Source: Myxococcota bacterium
GTDB lineage: Bacteria; Myxococcota_A; UBA9160; PR03
Length of the DNA stretch: 64,000 bases
Assembly: GCA_035506135.1 (NCBI GenBank)
Contig: DATJPY010000014.1
Location: forward strand, 23,472 to 87,471
Direction of reading: 5' to 3'
Shown: positions 48,234 through 58,334 of the stretch, piece by piece
Position numbering within the stretch: position 1 is the first letter of the stretch
Layout: the number at the start of each line of letters is the position of its first letter
Notes under the pieces: model-generated
What the model saw: the letters and a program-made list of their open reading frames with translations, nothing else
Told to the model about the DNA's origin: nothing
Databases searched by the model: none
Translations under genes and position numbers: made by a program

Positions 48234-49676
48234 CTAGTCACCCAGGCGGTACAGCTCGTTCAGGTACTCGACCAGGAGGCGCTCGCGCAGCGGGGCCGGG
48301 AGCGCATTCAGCACCTCGTTGATCTCGGCCATCCGGTCGGGCAGCGCGGTTCCCTGGACTCCCGCCGCCCCGAGCATCCCGGCGAGCGCCTGCGGCGTGA
48401 GCGCCTCGGGCGCGAGCGATCCGAACGCCTCGCGGATCCTGCCGCCGATCTCGCCCGCCGGCAGCCCGCGCGCCTTCGCCACGCACTCGTCGAGGTCGGC
48501 GAGCAGCGCGTCGACCCAGCGCACGCTGGCCGGATTCACCGACAGGTGGATGTTCTCCTTCGAGTCCTGGAAGGCGAGCTGCGGCTGGACGTACCAGTGG
48601 CGCTGCTTCATCTCGTCGATCACGTGGAAGACGCTCACCGTGTCGGACGTGAACGCGATCAGGTTCATCTCGGGCCGGCCGAGCAGGCGCAGGTCGGGAT
48701 GCGCGTCGATCCACTCGGCGATGCGACGCGTCGCCCCGAGCACGCGGCGCGCGATCTCGAGGTACCCCTCGTCGCCGATGTAGTGCAGCGCGGCCCAGGC
48801 GGCCGCGAGCGGCCCCGCAGACTTACTGCTCTGCACCGTGGGGTTGATGACCGTGTAGCCGGTCCAGCTCGCGCAGGCGTAGATCTGGTATCGCCGCAGC
48901 TCCTTGTCGCGGTACAGGATCACCGAGGCGCCCTTGGCCGCGAACGCGTACTTGTGCAGATCCATCGAGATCGACGTCACCCCCGGCACGTCGAGCTCGA
49001 AGGGCGGGACCGGCGCCCCGAGCCGTCGGAAATATGGGAGCAGGAACCCGCCCATGCAGGCGTCGACGTGGAACAGGAGCCCCTTCTTCCGCGCGAGCGC
49101 CCCGATCTCCTCGATCGGGTCGATCACCCCGTGCGCATACGAGATCGCCGAGCCCACCAGCAGGATCGTGTTCGGGGTGATGGCGTCCCGCATGGCGCCG
49201 ACGTCGGCCTTGAAGCTGCGCGGGTCGACGGGGACCAGCACCGGCTTCACATCCAGATAGTGGGCGGCCTTGTGGAACGCGGCGTGCGCGGTCGCCGGCA
49301 GCACCATCTCGGGCTCGCGGATCGCGGGCGAGAGCTCGCGGGCCCGATCGCGCGCCGTCTTCACGGCCAGCAGGATGCTCTCGGTCCCTCCGCTGGTGAA
49401 GTTGCCGCAGACCTCGGCGCCGCCGCGGAGATGGCTCGCCGCCATCGCGACCAGCTCGTTCTCGAGCCGGAGCGCGCTCGGGAAGGCGGTGGGGTCGAGC
49501 GCGTTCTCGGTCAGGTACGAGGCGAAGGCGTCCTTGATCACCGCCTCGGCCTCGGCGCCCGGGTCGTAGATGTAGGCCCAGGTGCGCCCCTCGCGCCACG
49601 GCGTGTCGCCGGCCCGATACGACTCGAGGGTGCGGAAGAGCTGATCGCGCGACAGTCCCTTCGCGGGGATGCGCAT
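48234..49676 (-). CDS. PLP-dependent decarboxylase-fold enzyme, sphingosine-1-phosphate lyase-like
   Basis: Track ORF 48234-49730. ATG 49676 is preceded by GAGGAGG. GNFTSGGTESILLAV and ISMDLHKYAFAAKGASVILYR (PLP lysine) closely resemble the S1P-lyase type of the group II decarboxylase family. Confidence 0.8.
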   Translation of the reverse strand: MRIPAKGLSRDQLFRTLESYRAGDTPWREGRTWAYIYDPGAEAEAVIKDAFASYLTENALDPTAFPSALRLENELVAMAASHLRGGAEVCGNFTSGGTESILLAVKTARDRARELSPAIREPEMVLPATAHAAFHKAAHYLDVKPVLVPVDPRSFKADVGAMRDAITPNTILLVGSAISYAHGVIDPIEEIGALARKKGLLFHVDACMGGFLLPYFRRLGAPVPPFELDVPGVTSISMDLHKYAFAAKGASVILYRDKELRRYQIYACASWTGYTVINPTVQSSKSAGPLAAAWAALHYIGDEGYLEIARRVLGATRRIAEWIDAHPDLRLLGRPEMNLIAFTSDTVSVFHVIDEMKQRHWYVQPQLAFQDSKENIHLSVNPASVRWVDALLADLDECVAKARGLPAGEIGGRIREAFGSLAPEALTPQALAGMLGAAGVQGTALPDRMAEINEVLNALPAPLRERLLVEYLNELYRLGD

Positions 49677-49810
49677 CGCGGCCTCCTCGTCGATGCGCTT
49701 TAGATAGCAGCGGCACGGGAGCCCGGGCACCGGCTCGCGGCGACAGACTGCGGCGAGGGCGATCTGCTATCCCCCTCGCGGCCGGCCGCCTGGGGGGGAG
49801 CCGCGAGCCC

Positions 49811-52477
49811 GTGGCACAGGACTTCGACGCACGAATCGGCGGCTGGGTGGCGCGCTGGATGGTCGCCGTCGACCGCCACGCGCTCGCCGTCACCGTCGCG
49901 ACGGCCGTCGCCACGCTGGCGCTCGGCGTCTATGCCGCCTTCAACCTGGGCGTGAACTCGGACCCCGAGGCGATGATCTCGCCGGACGTGCCGTTCCTGG
50001 TGCGGCTGCAGCAGTTCCGCAAGACCTTCCGCAACACCGACGACGCCATCTTCGTGGTAATCGACGCGCAGAGCGCGGTCTCCGCCGCGCACGCTGCGCG
50101 CGCGCTCGCGGAGCGGCTCGCGCAAAAGCCCGACCTGTTCCTGCAGATCGACATCCCGGACGGGGGCCCGTTCTTCGAGCGCAACGAGCTCTTGTTCCTC
50201 GATCTGCCGCAGCTCGAGGAGCTCTCCGACCGGCTCGCCGAGGTGCAGCCCTTCCTCGGCGAGCTGTCGCGCGATCCGAGCGTGGTCGGCGTCTCCGACC
50301 TGCTGCGACGCGCGCTCGAGGTCGAGCGCGGCGGGACCGACGTCGGGATGGACCTCGCGACTGCGCTCGACCGCGTGAGCACCGCGCTCGAGGCCGCCGC
50401 GCAGGGCCGCGCCTCGCCCGATCCGTGGGGCGACGCGCTGATCGGCGGCAGCGTCTCCGAGGAGGGGCGCCACCGCCTGGTGGCGGTCAAGCCGAACCTC
50501 GACTTCAGCGACCTGCTGGCCGCGGGCCCGGCCGTGCAGGCGATCCGGGACGCCGCGCGCGACCTCGGCCTCGACGCCGATCGCGGCATCCGCGTCCGGA
50601 TCACGGGCGACCCGGTGCTCAACTACGAGGAGCAGGTCTCCGTCGCCTGGCAGGGCAAGCTGGTGGCCGCCGCGTCGCTCGTGCTGTTCACCGTCGTCTC
50701 CTTCTTCGCCCTGCCCTCCCTGCGCATCCTGGTCGCGCTGGTCGGCAGCTTGCTGGCCTCGGTCTTCCTGAGCAACGCCTTCGCCGCCGCCGCGGTCGGC
50801 CACCTGAACCAGATCTCCGCCGCCTTCAACGTGCTGGTCGTGGCGCTCGGTGGGGAGTTCGGAATCCACCTCTGCATGCACTATGCGGAGCTGGTGGCGA
50901 ACGGGCGCACCCGGCGCGAGGCGATCGCGGAGACGGGCCGGTCGATCGGCGGCTCGCTCGTCTCGAGCGCGGGCACCACCTCGATCGGCTTCCTGGTCTT
51001 CCTGCCGACCGACTACCGCGGCGTGGCCGAGCTCGGACTGATCTCGGCGGCCGGCATCTTCGCGAGCCTCTTCTGCACGCTCACCGTGTTGCCGGCGCTG
51101 CTCGCGCTCGGCGCACCGGAGCGCCCGCCCCTGCGCGCGGCGCGGCCGCTCCCCTGGGCGCGTCGGCTCGAGCACCTCCCGCTGCGCTACGCGCGACCGA
51201 TCCGCTGGGGCGCGTTCGCGCTCGCGATCGGGGCGCTCTGGCTGCTGCCGCACGCTCACTTCGACCACAACCCGGTGAACCTGCGCGATCCCAACACCGA
51301 GTCGGTGCAGGCGTTCGAGGACCTGCTCTCGCGCGGCCACACCTCGCCCTGGACGATCGACGTGGTGGCACCGGATCAGCCCGCGGCGGAGGCGCTGGCG
51401 CGACGCCTCGACGGGCTCGCCAGCGTCGGGCACACCGTCACGATCGCGGACTACGTGCCGCAGGATCAGGAGCGCAAGCGGGCGATCCTCGCCGACACGG
51501 CCCTCTTCCTGCCCGCCGTCGCGGAGCCCGCGGCAGCGTCCCCGCCCCAGGCGCAGCGGGCCGCGCTCGAGCGCCTCGACGCCGCGCTCGGCGCCGGAGC
51601 GGACGGGGAGCCACGGCTGACCGCCGCGCGCGCGCGCCTGCGCCAGGCGATCGCGAGCTTCCTCGCCTCCGCGCACGCGGGCGACGAGGCTCCGCGCTTC
51701 GCGCTGCTCACGCAGAACATGGTGGGCTCGCTGCCCGAGCAGCTGCGCGACCTGTCCCGCGCGCTCGCGCCCGACATCGTCACGCTCGACAACCTCCCGC
51801 CGACGCTCCGGGACCGCATGCTCGCGCCGGACGGGTCGGCACGCGTCGAGGTGTTTCCGAAGGGCGACGTCGGCGAGAGCCGAGCCCTCGTGCACTTCGT
51901 CGACAGCGTGCAGGCGATGGCGCCGGACGCCACCGGTGCCGCCGTGAGCCTGGTCGGCTGGGGCCGGGTCACGATCGACGCGCTCCGCCACGCCATGATC
52001 GGCGCCTTCCTGCTCGGCGCGCTCTTCCTGCTGGTGCTCTGGCGCAACCCCTGGGACACGCTCCTCGCGTTCTTTCCGCTGGCGCTGGCGGCGCTCTTCA
52101 TCTGCGCGCTGCTCGTGCTGTTCGGGCAGCCGTTCAACTTCGCGAACGTGATCGTGTTGCCGATGCTGCTCGGGATGGGCGTCGACAGCGGCGTTCACCT
52201 GGTTCACCAGCACCGCACCAATCCGGAGGAGGTCGACGTGCTGGCCACCAGCACGGCGCGCGCGGTGTTCTTCAGCGCAGTCACCACGATCGCGAGCTTC
52301 GCGAGCCTCGGCTTCGCGTCGCACCGAGGCATGGCCGCGCTCGGCCAGCTCCTGACGCTCGGCGTCTTCTTGACCCTGGTCTGCTACGTGGTCGTGCTGC
52401 CGGCCGTGCTGGAGTGGGACGACCGGCGCCGCGCGCGCGCTCAGGCCGGCGCGCTGCCCTCGGCCTCGCCCAGGTAG
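49811..52477 (+). CDS. MMPL/RND superfamily transporter (HpnN-like lipid exporter)
   Basis: 888 aa. Two blocks of ~6 TM helices each follow a large periplasmic domain. The size and layout fit MMPL/HpnN-type RND proteins. The HpnN assignment is by resemblance only. Confidence 0.75.
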   Translation: MAQDFDARIGGWVARWMVAVDRHALAVTVATAVATLALGVYAAFNLGVNSDPEAMISPDVPFLVRLQQFRKTFRNTDDAIFVVIDAQSAVSAAHAARALAERLAQKPDLFLQIDIPDGGPFFERNELLFLDLPQLEELSDRLAEVQPFLGELSRDPSVVGVSDLLRRALEVERGGTDVGMDLATALDRVSTALEAAAQGRASPDPWGDALIGGSVSEEGRHRLVAVKPNLDFSDLLAAGPAVQAIRDAARDLGLDADRGIRVRITGDPVLNYEEQVSVAWQGKLVAAASLVLFTVVSFFALPSLRILVALVGSLLASVFLSNAFAAAAVGHLNQISAAFNVLVVALGGEFGIHLCMHYAELVANGRTRREAIAETGRSIGGSLVSSAGTTSIGFLVFLPTDYRGVAELGLISAAGIFASLFCTLTVLPALLALGAPERPPLRAARPLPWARRLEHLPLRYARPIRWGAFALAIGALWLLPHAHFDHNPVNLRDPNTESVQAFEDLLSRGHTSPWTIDVVAPDQPAAEALARRLDGLASVGHTVTIADYVPQDQERKRAILADTALFLPAVAEPAAASPPQAQRAALERLDAALGAGADGEPRLTAARARLRQAIASFLASAHAGDEAPRFALLTQNMVGSLPEQLRDLSRALAPDIVTLDNLPPTLRDRMLAPDGSARVEVFPKGDVGESRALVHFVDSVQAMAPDATGAAVSLVGWGRVTIDALRHAMIGAFLLGALFLLVLWRNPWDTLLAFFPLALAALFICALLVLFGQPFNFANVIVLPMLLGMGVDSGVHLVHQHRTNPEEVDVLATSTARAVFFSAVTTIASFASLGFASHRGMAALGQLLTLGVFLTLVCYVVVLPAVLEWDDRRRARAQAGALPSASPR

Positions 52478-53169
52478 GCGCTCCGCACGCGCGCGTCGAG
52501 GGCCAGCTCGGCCGCCGGTCCCGCCAGCGCGACGCTGCCGGTCTCGAGCACGTAGGCGCGGTGCGCCACGCGCAGCGCCTGGCGGGCGTTCTGCTCGACC
52601 AGCACCACCGTCGTGCCCTGCTCGTTCACGGTCTGGACGATCTCGAAGATCTGCGCGACCAGACGGGGCGCGAGGCCGAGCGACGGCTCGTCGAGCAGCA
52701 CCAGGATCGGCTCGGCCATGAGCGCGCGCCCGATCGCGAGCATCTGCTGCTCGCCGCCCGAGAGCGTCCCGGCGGGCTGGCGCAGCCGCTCGCGCAGGCG
52801 CGGGAACAGGCCGAAGACCCGCGCCAGGCCCTGCGACTCGACGCGGCGCCGCGGGTAGGCGCCCATCTGGAGATTCTCGAGGACGGTCAGGTTCGCGAAG
52901 ATCCGGCGGCCCTCGGGCACGTGCGAGCAGCCCATGCCGACGATCCGGTGCGCACTCGCCGCCGTCACGTCGACGCCCTCCAGCACGATGCGCCCGCGGC
53001 TCGCGCGCACCAGGCCGGAGATCGCGCGCAGCAGCGTCGACTTGCCGGCGCCGTTCGAGCCGATCAGCGTGACGATCTCGCCACCGCGCACCTCGAGGCT
53101 GACGCCGCGCAGCGCCTGGATCGCGCCGTAGCGCACCTCCAGGTCCTCGATGCGCAGGAGCGCCGTCAT
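52441..53169 (-). CDS. livF: branched-chain amino acid ABC transporter ATP-binding protein LivF
   Basis: 242 aa. LLRIEDLEVRYGAIQALRGVSLEV, GSNGAGKST and LSGGEQQML. Confidence 0.9.
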   Translation of the reverse strand: MTALLRIEDLEVRYGAIQALRGVSLEVRGGEIVTLIGSNGAGKSTLLRAISGLVRASRGRIVLEGVDVTAASAHRIVGMGCSHVPEGRRIFANLTVLENLQMGAYPRRRVESQGLARVFGLFPRLRERLRQPAGTLSGGEQQMLAIGRALMAEPILVLLDEPSLGLAPRLVAQIFEIVQTVNEQGTTVVLVEQNARQALRVAHRAYVLETGSVALAGPAAELALDARVRSAYLGEAEGSAPA

Positions 53170-53942
53170 GCAGCCGCTGGATCGGCCGGCGAGCCCAGGT
53201 ACGCCTCGATCACGCGCGGATCGCTGCGCACCTGCTCGGGACCGCCCTCGGCGATCTTCTCACCGTGGTCGAGCACCGTGATGCGCTCGCAGAGCCCCAT
53301 CACGAAGCGCACGTCGTGGTCGATCAGCACGATCGTGAGGCTGAACTCGCGCCGCAGCCGCGCGACCAGCTCGCGCAGCGCGTCCTTCTCCGCCGGGTTC
53401 ATGCCCGCCGCGGGCTCGTCGAGCAGCAGCAGCCGGGGCCCGGTCGCCAGCGCGCGCGCGATCTCGAGGCGGCGCTGCTCGCCGTAGGGCAGCGCGTCGG
53501 CCCGCGCGTCGGCGTAGCGCTCGAGCCCGAGCCGCGCGAGCAGCTCGCGCCCGCGGGCGGCGAGCTCGCGTTCGCGTGCGCGCCAGCGCGGCGCGCGCAC
53601 CACGTCGGCGAAGCCCGGCCGCTCGGCCGCGACCAGCGCGGCGACCACGTTCTCGAGCGCGGAGAGCGCGCGGAACAGGCGGATGTTCTGGAAGGTTCGC
53701 GCGATCCCGAGCGCGGCGATCCGGTGCGGCGGCTCGCCGCCGATCTCGCGGCCGTCGAATCGGATCTGACCGAGGGTCGGCGGGTAGACGCCGGTCACCA
53801 CGTTGAAGGCCGTCGTCTTGCCGGCGCCGTTCGGGCCGATCAGCGCGGCGACCGCACCCGCCTCGACGCCCCAGTCGAGCCCGCCGAGCGCCGCCAGCCC
53901 GCCGAACCGCAGCGTCACGCCCGCAAGCTCAAGCAGCGGCAC
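53166..53942 (-). CDS. livG: branched-chain amino acid ABC transporter ATP-binding protein LivG
   Basis: 258 aa. LRFGGLAALGGLDW, GPNGAGKTTAFNVVTG, LPYGEQRRLEIARAL. Confidence 0.9.
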   Translation of the reverse strand: MPLLELAGVTLRFGGLAALGGLDWGVEAGAVAALIGPNGAGKTTAFNVVTGVYPPTLGQIRFDGREIGGEPPHRIAALGIARTFQNIRLFRALSALENVVAALVAAERPGFADVVRAPRWRARERELAARGRELLARLGLERYADARADALPYGEQRRLEIARALATGPRLLLLDEPAAGMNPAEKDALRELVARLRREFSLTIVLIDHDVRFVMGLCERITVLDHGEKIAEGGPEQVRSDPRVIEAYLGSPADPAAA

Positions 53943-54939
53943 GCCGGCCTCGCAGCCAACCCCGCAGCGCGCCGAGCGAGAGCTCGCGCGAGCCCATGAG
54001 CCCCTGCGGCCGCAGGATCATCACGGCGATCAGGAGCAGCGCGTACAGGATCATGCGGAACTCGCCGAAGCCGCGGAGCCCTTCGGGCGCGGCGGTCAGC
54101 ACGGTGGCGGCGATCACCGCGCCGGTGATCGAGCCGAGCCCGCCGAGCACGACGAACACCATGATCTCGAACGAGCGCACGAACGAGAAGCTGTTGGTGT
54201 GGATGTACCCCTCGCTGTGCGCGAAGAGGGCGCCCGCGACGCCCGCGAAGAAGCTCGACACCACGAAGGCGAGGACCTTGACCCGCGTGGTTGCCACGCC
54301 GATCGCCGCCGCCGCGGTCTCGTCCTCGCGCACGGCCCGGAAGGCGAGGCCCGCGCTCGAGTAGGCGAGCCGCGCGATCACCGCGACCGAGATCGCGACG
54401 ACGGCGTAGATGGCCCCGAGGTCCTCGTAGCGCAGATCGGCGCCGTTCTGGCCGGTGAGCGCGAAGCCGCGCGCGCCGCCCACGGCGTCCACGTTCAGGA
54501 TCACGATGCGGATGATCTCGCCGAAGCCGAGCGTGGCGATGGCGAGGTAGTCTCCGCGCAGGCGCAGCGTCGGGATGCCGACCAGCAGGCCCGCCACCCC
54601 CGCCAGGGCACCGCCGGCGAGCAGCGGGAGCGGGAAGTACAGGGCGCGCGCCAGCGGCACCGGCAGCACGCTCGCGAGCGCCGCCAGCCAGTCGGAGCCC
54701 AGGTACACGCTGAGCGCGGCCGAGGCGTACGCGCCCACCGCCATGAAGCCGGCGTGCCCGATCGAGAACTGCCCGGTGAAGCCGTTCACGAGCTGCAGGC
54801 TGACGGCCGCCACGATCGCGACGCCGATCCGCGTCAGGATGGTCAGGTAGTAGGGGTTGAGCGCGCGCGGCAGCACCCACTCGAGGATCGCGAAGGCGAA
54901 GGCGGACGCTCCGACCGCCGCGAGCGTCCGTGCGCGCAC
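53929..54939 (-). CDS. livM: branched-chain amino acid ABC transporter permease LivM
   Basis: 336 aa with a GTG start adjacent to the livH stop. Multi-TM, with GQFSIGHAGFMAVGAY typical of LivM. Confidence 0.88.
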   Translation of the reverse strand: MRARTLAAVGASAFAFAILEWVLPRALNPYYLTILTRIGVAIVAAVSLQLVNGFTGQFSIGHAGFMAVGAYASAALSVYLGSDWLAALASVLPVPLARALYFPLPLLAGGALAGVAGLLVGIPTLRLRGDYLAIATLGFGEIIRIVILNVDAVGGARGFALTGQNGADLRYEDLGAIYAVVAISVAVIARLAYSSAGLAFRAVREDETAAAAIGVATTRVKVLAFVVSSFFAGVAGALFAHSEGYIHTNSFSFVRSFEIMVFVVLGGLGSITGAVIAATVLTAAPEGLRGFGEFRMILYALLLIAVMILRPQGLMGSRELSLGALRGWLRGRRAAA

Positions 54940-55842
54940 TCAGACCTTCTCCGGCTGCGCGGAGCCGAAGAGCCCCGTCGGCCGGTAGAGCAGGATCGCG
55001 ATCAGCACCACGAAGGCGATCGCGTCGCGGTACGTGCTCGACAGATAGCCCGCCACCAACGTCTCCACGATCCCGAGCAGCAGGCCGCCGAGCATCGCGC
55101 CCGGGATGCTGCCGATGCCGCCGAGCACCGCCGCCACGAAGGCCTTGAGCCCCGGCAACAGGCCCATCAGCGGGTCGATCTTGGGATTCGAGAGTCCCAC
55201 CAGGATGCCGGCCGCGCCCGCCAGCGCGGAGCCGAGCACGAAGGTGAGCTGGATGATGCGATCGACGGGGACGCCCATCAGGGCCGCGGCATCCGCGTCC
55301 TGTGCGACCGCGCGCATGGCGCGCCCGACCCGCGTGCGCATCACGACGAGCTCGAGCCCCGCCATCAGCAGGAGCGCCGTCGCCAGCACCGTCACCTGGA
55401 TGTTCGAGACCGCGAGCGAGCCCACCCGCCACGCCTCGCGCGAGGCCACGAGCGGCGGGAAGAATTTCGGGTCCGCGCCGAACACGAGCTGGCCGGCGTT
55501 CTGGAGCAAGAGCGAGACGCCGATCGCGGTGATCAGCGGCGCGAGCCGCGGCGCGTGGCGCAGCGGCCGATACGCCACGCGCTCGATCGTCGCGCCGAGC
55601 ACCGCGCACGCCGCCATCGACGCGACGAGCGTCGCGGCGAGGCCGAGCGCCGAGGGCTGGTCGGCCACGCCGAAGGCGTGCGCCGCGTAGAAGCCGGTCA
55701 TCGCACCGACCATGTAGACCTCGCCGTGGGCGAAGTTGATCAGCCGGAGCACGCCGTAGACCATGGTGTAGCCGAGCGCGACCAGCGCGTAGATGGAGCC
55801 CCAGGCGATCCCGTTCACGAGCTGCTGGAGGAGGTTCTCCAC
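54940..55842 (-). CDS. livH: branched-chain amino acid ABC transporter permease LivH
   Basis: 300 aa from GTG 55842 within track ORF 54940-56229. LLQQLVNGIAWGSIYALVALGYTMVYGVLRLINFAHGE is the canonical LivH N-terminus. Confidence 0.88.
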   Translation of the reverse strand: MENLLQQLVNGIAWGSIYALVALGYTMVYGVLRLINFAHGEVYMVGAMTGFYAAHAFGVADQPSALGLAATLVASMAACAVLGATIERVAYRPLRHAPRLAPLITAIGVSLLLQNAGQLVFGADPKFFPPLVASREAWRVGSLAVSNIQVTVLATALLLMAGLELVVMRTRVGRAMRAVAQDADAAALMGVPVDRIIQLTFVLGSALAGAAGILVGLSNPKIDPLMGLLPGLKAFVAAVLGGIGSIPGAMLGGLLLGIVETLVAGYLSSTYRDAIAFVVLIAILLYRPTGLFGSAQPEKV

Positions 55843-55846
55843 CCGG

Positions 55847-57004
55847 CTACTGGGCCGAGACGGTGCGGTGGTAGCGGAAGCGTCCGCCGTCGATCTTGAG
55901 GACCACCGCGTCCTTGAGCGCGTTGCGCTGCGGGTCGATCGTGATGCGGCCCGTGATGCCGGGGAAGTCCTTCGTCGCGGCGATGGCGTCGCGCAGCGCC
56001 GGGCCCTCGGTCTTCCCGGCGCGCGCCATGGAGTCGACCAGGATGCGGGCCGCGTCGTAGCCGAGCGCGGCCATCGCGTCGGGCACCTGTCCGTTCTTCG
56101 CCTGGTAGCGCCGCACGAAGTCGCGCACGTGGGGGTCGTCGGAGTCGGCGGCGTAGTGGGTGGAGAAGTAGTCGCCCTCGACGGCGGAGCCGCCGATCTC
56201 GATCGTCTTCTCGGAGTCCCAGCCGTCACCGCCGAGCAGCGGCACGTTCAGCCCGAGCTCGCGCGCCTGCTTCGCGATCAGACCCACCTCGGTGTAGTAG
56301 CCGGGTACGAAGATCGCGTCGGGCGAGGCGCCGCGGATCGTCGTGAGCTGCGCGCGGAACTCGATGTCGCCGCTGGTGTAGCGCTCGTCGGCGACGATCT
56401 CGCCGCCGAGCTGCTGGAACGTCTTGCGGAAGAACTCGGCGAGGCCGACGGAGTAGTCCTGCTTGAAGTCGAAGAGCACGGCGACGCGTCGCGCCTTCAG
56501 GTCGTCGAAGGCGAAGCGCGCCATCACCGCGCCCTGGAAGGGATCGATGAAGCAGGTGCGGAAGATGTCGTCGCCGACCTCGGTGACGCGCGGGTTGGTC
56601 GACGCCGGGCTGATCATCGGGACGCCGGCGCGCTGCGCCTCGGGCGCCGCGGCGAGGGAGCGCGAGGAGGCGACCTCGCCGAGCAGGGCCACCACCTCGT
56701 CGCGCTGGATCAGCTTCTGCGCTGCGCTGCGCGCCTCCTCGGTGACCGAGCGGTCGTCCTCGGTGATCAGCTCGATCGGGCGCCCGAGCACGCCGCCCTT
56801 CGCGTTCACCTCCTCGAAGGCCATCCGGATGCCGCGGTCGGTGCTCTGGCCGAAGGTCGCGGTGTCGCCGGTCAGCGACGCGAAGTGGCCGACCCGGATC
56901 GGGTCCTTGGCCGCGCCCGCGCCCCCGCTCTGCCCCGGGCCGCACGCCCACAGCGCGGAAGCAACGAGAGCGATTCCGCCGGCACGACGTGCCGCGCGCA
57001 ACAT
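55847..57004 (-). CDS. ABC transporter substrate-binding protein (branched-chain amino acid/LivK type)
   Basis: 385 aa. Signal peptide/lipobox-like N-terminus (ALVASALWACG), then IRVGHFASLTGDTATFG and PGYYTEVGLIAKQARELG of the periplasmic binding protein type I fold. Confidence 0.88.
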   Translation of the reverse strand: MLRAARRAGGIALVASALWACGPGQSGGAGAAKDPIRVGHFASLTGDTATFGQSTDRGIRMAFEEVNAKGGVLGRPIELITEDDRSVTEEARSAAQKLIQRDEVVALLGEVASSRSLAAAPEAQRAGVPMISPASTNPRVTEVGDDIFRTCFIDPFQGAVMARFAFDDLKARRVAVLFDFKQDYSVGLAEFFRKTFQQLGGEIVADERYTSGDIEFRAQLTTIRGASPDAIFVPGYYTEVGLIAKQARELGLNVPLLGGDGWDSEKTIEIGGSAVEGDYFSTHYAADSDDPHVRDFVRRYQAKNGQVPDAMAALGYDAARILVDSMARAGKTEGPALRDAIAATKDFPGITGRITIDPQRNALKDAVVLKIDGGRFRYHRTVSAQ

Positions 57005-57092
57005 GCCACCCCCCTGGCGAGCCGACGATTCGCTCGCTCCCGCGCCTGTTTACAGGCTGGCGGCGGCGCTGGCAAGGCGCGGGCCACGGCGC

Positions 57093-58268
57093 TCACGGGA
57101 GCCGCTCGGAGGACACCGCGAAGTACTCCTGGTAGCCGCGGGCGCGCTCGCGCAGCCCGCCCGCGTCGAGCCCCGTGTCGGCGAAGCGGTAGCGGTGCCC
57201 CCCGTGCCCGTCGGCGGGGTGGGCGGCGTGGAAGGCGCGCATCCGCGCCTCGGCCTGCGGCAGGAGCTCGAGGCCGAGGCGCTCGTAGATCCCGCGGATC
57301 GTCACGAAGGGGTCGGCCATGAACGCGTCGAAGTGCACGTCGACCACGCGCGCCGCGGGAATGCGACCGCCGCGGCGCGCGGCGACCGAGCGATCGAGGC
57401 CCTCGAGGATGTAGTCGGCCCACTCGGCGGCCGCCTCGGGCACGCTGGTCTCCTCGCTCCCGAGGCGTCGCAGGAGCGCGACGAGCGAGGCCAGCGACGC
57501 GATGATTCGCAGCGGATCGCGGTGCGTCTGCACCAGCAGTGCGTCCGGGTACTCGGCGAGCAGCGCGTCGAGGCACCAGAGATGTCCCGGCGACTTCAGC
57601 ACCCAGCGCTTCGCCGGGTGTCGCGACTGCAGGTGCTCGAGCATGCGGCGATGCCAGCGGTACGCGGGCGCCATGTCGGCCTCGTCGAACAGCCACTTCG
57701 CGTACGAGGGGACGCGGTACTGGGTCGGGAAGATCGCGCTGCGGAACTCGGCGCCGGTGATGCGGACGCACTCCTGCGCGAGCCGCGCGCCCATCGGATG
57801 CATGCGCTGGAAGCCCGGGATCACGAGCTCGACGGCCTCGAGGCGTGCCTGCACCTCCGCGATCCGCGGATCGCTCTCGTAGCTCGCCGTCTCGGGGGGC
57901 GGGACGGGCTGGTCGACCTCCCAGGTGAGCGGCACGCGATTGGCGGGATCCTGCGCGAGCAGGTCGTGGAGGATCGTGGTGCCGGTGCGCCCCTGCCCGA
58001 TGATCACGATCGGCGGCACGACGTCGACGCCGGCGATCTCCGGATGGCGGCGCCGCCACGCCGTGAGCGCGAGCCGGCTCGCGAGATACCCCCCGATCTC
58101 GCCCGAGACGATCTGCGTGCCGAGCGCGCTGAGGCGCGCCTCCTCGCGGAGGCTGCCGACGAGCCGCTCGAGGCCCTCGCGCCAGCTCTCTCCACCTGGG
58201 TCCTCGAGCCCTGTCGCCTGTCGGGCCTGCGCGAAGAGCGTGTCGACGTCGAGCCCGCTGTCGCTCAT
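57093..58268 (-). CDS. sulfotransferase family protein
   Basis: 391 aa from ATG 58268 within track ORF 57093-58628. IIGQGRTGTTILHDLLA (PAPS 5'-phosphosulfate-binding loop) and WVLKSPGHL motifs. Confidence 0.8.
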   Translation of the reverse strand: MSDSGLDVDTLFAQARQATGLEDPGGESWREGLERLVGSLREEARLSALGTQIVSGEIGGYLASRLALTAWRRRHPEIAGVDVVPPIVIIGQGRTGTTILHDLLAQDPANRVPLTWEVDQPVPPPETASYESDPRIAEVQARLEAVELVIPGFQRMHPMGARLAQECVRITGAEFRSAIFPTQYRVPSYAKWLFDEADMAPAYRWHRRMLEHLQSRHPAKRWVLKSPGHLWCLDALLAEYPDALLVQTHRDPLRIIASLASLVALLRRLGSEETSVPEAAAEWADYILEGLDRSVAARRGGRIPAARVVDVHFDAFMADPFVTIRGIYERLGLELLPQAEARMRAFHAAHPADGHGGHRYRFADTGLDAGGLRERARGYQEYFAVSSERLP

Positions 58269-58334
58269 GGCCGCACATGCTGGCGGGCGCGCCGCGAAGC
58301 GCAAGCCGGTCGGGAATCGGTAGGATCGGGGCCG

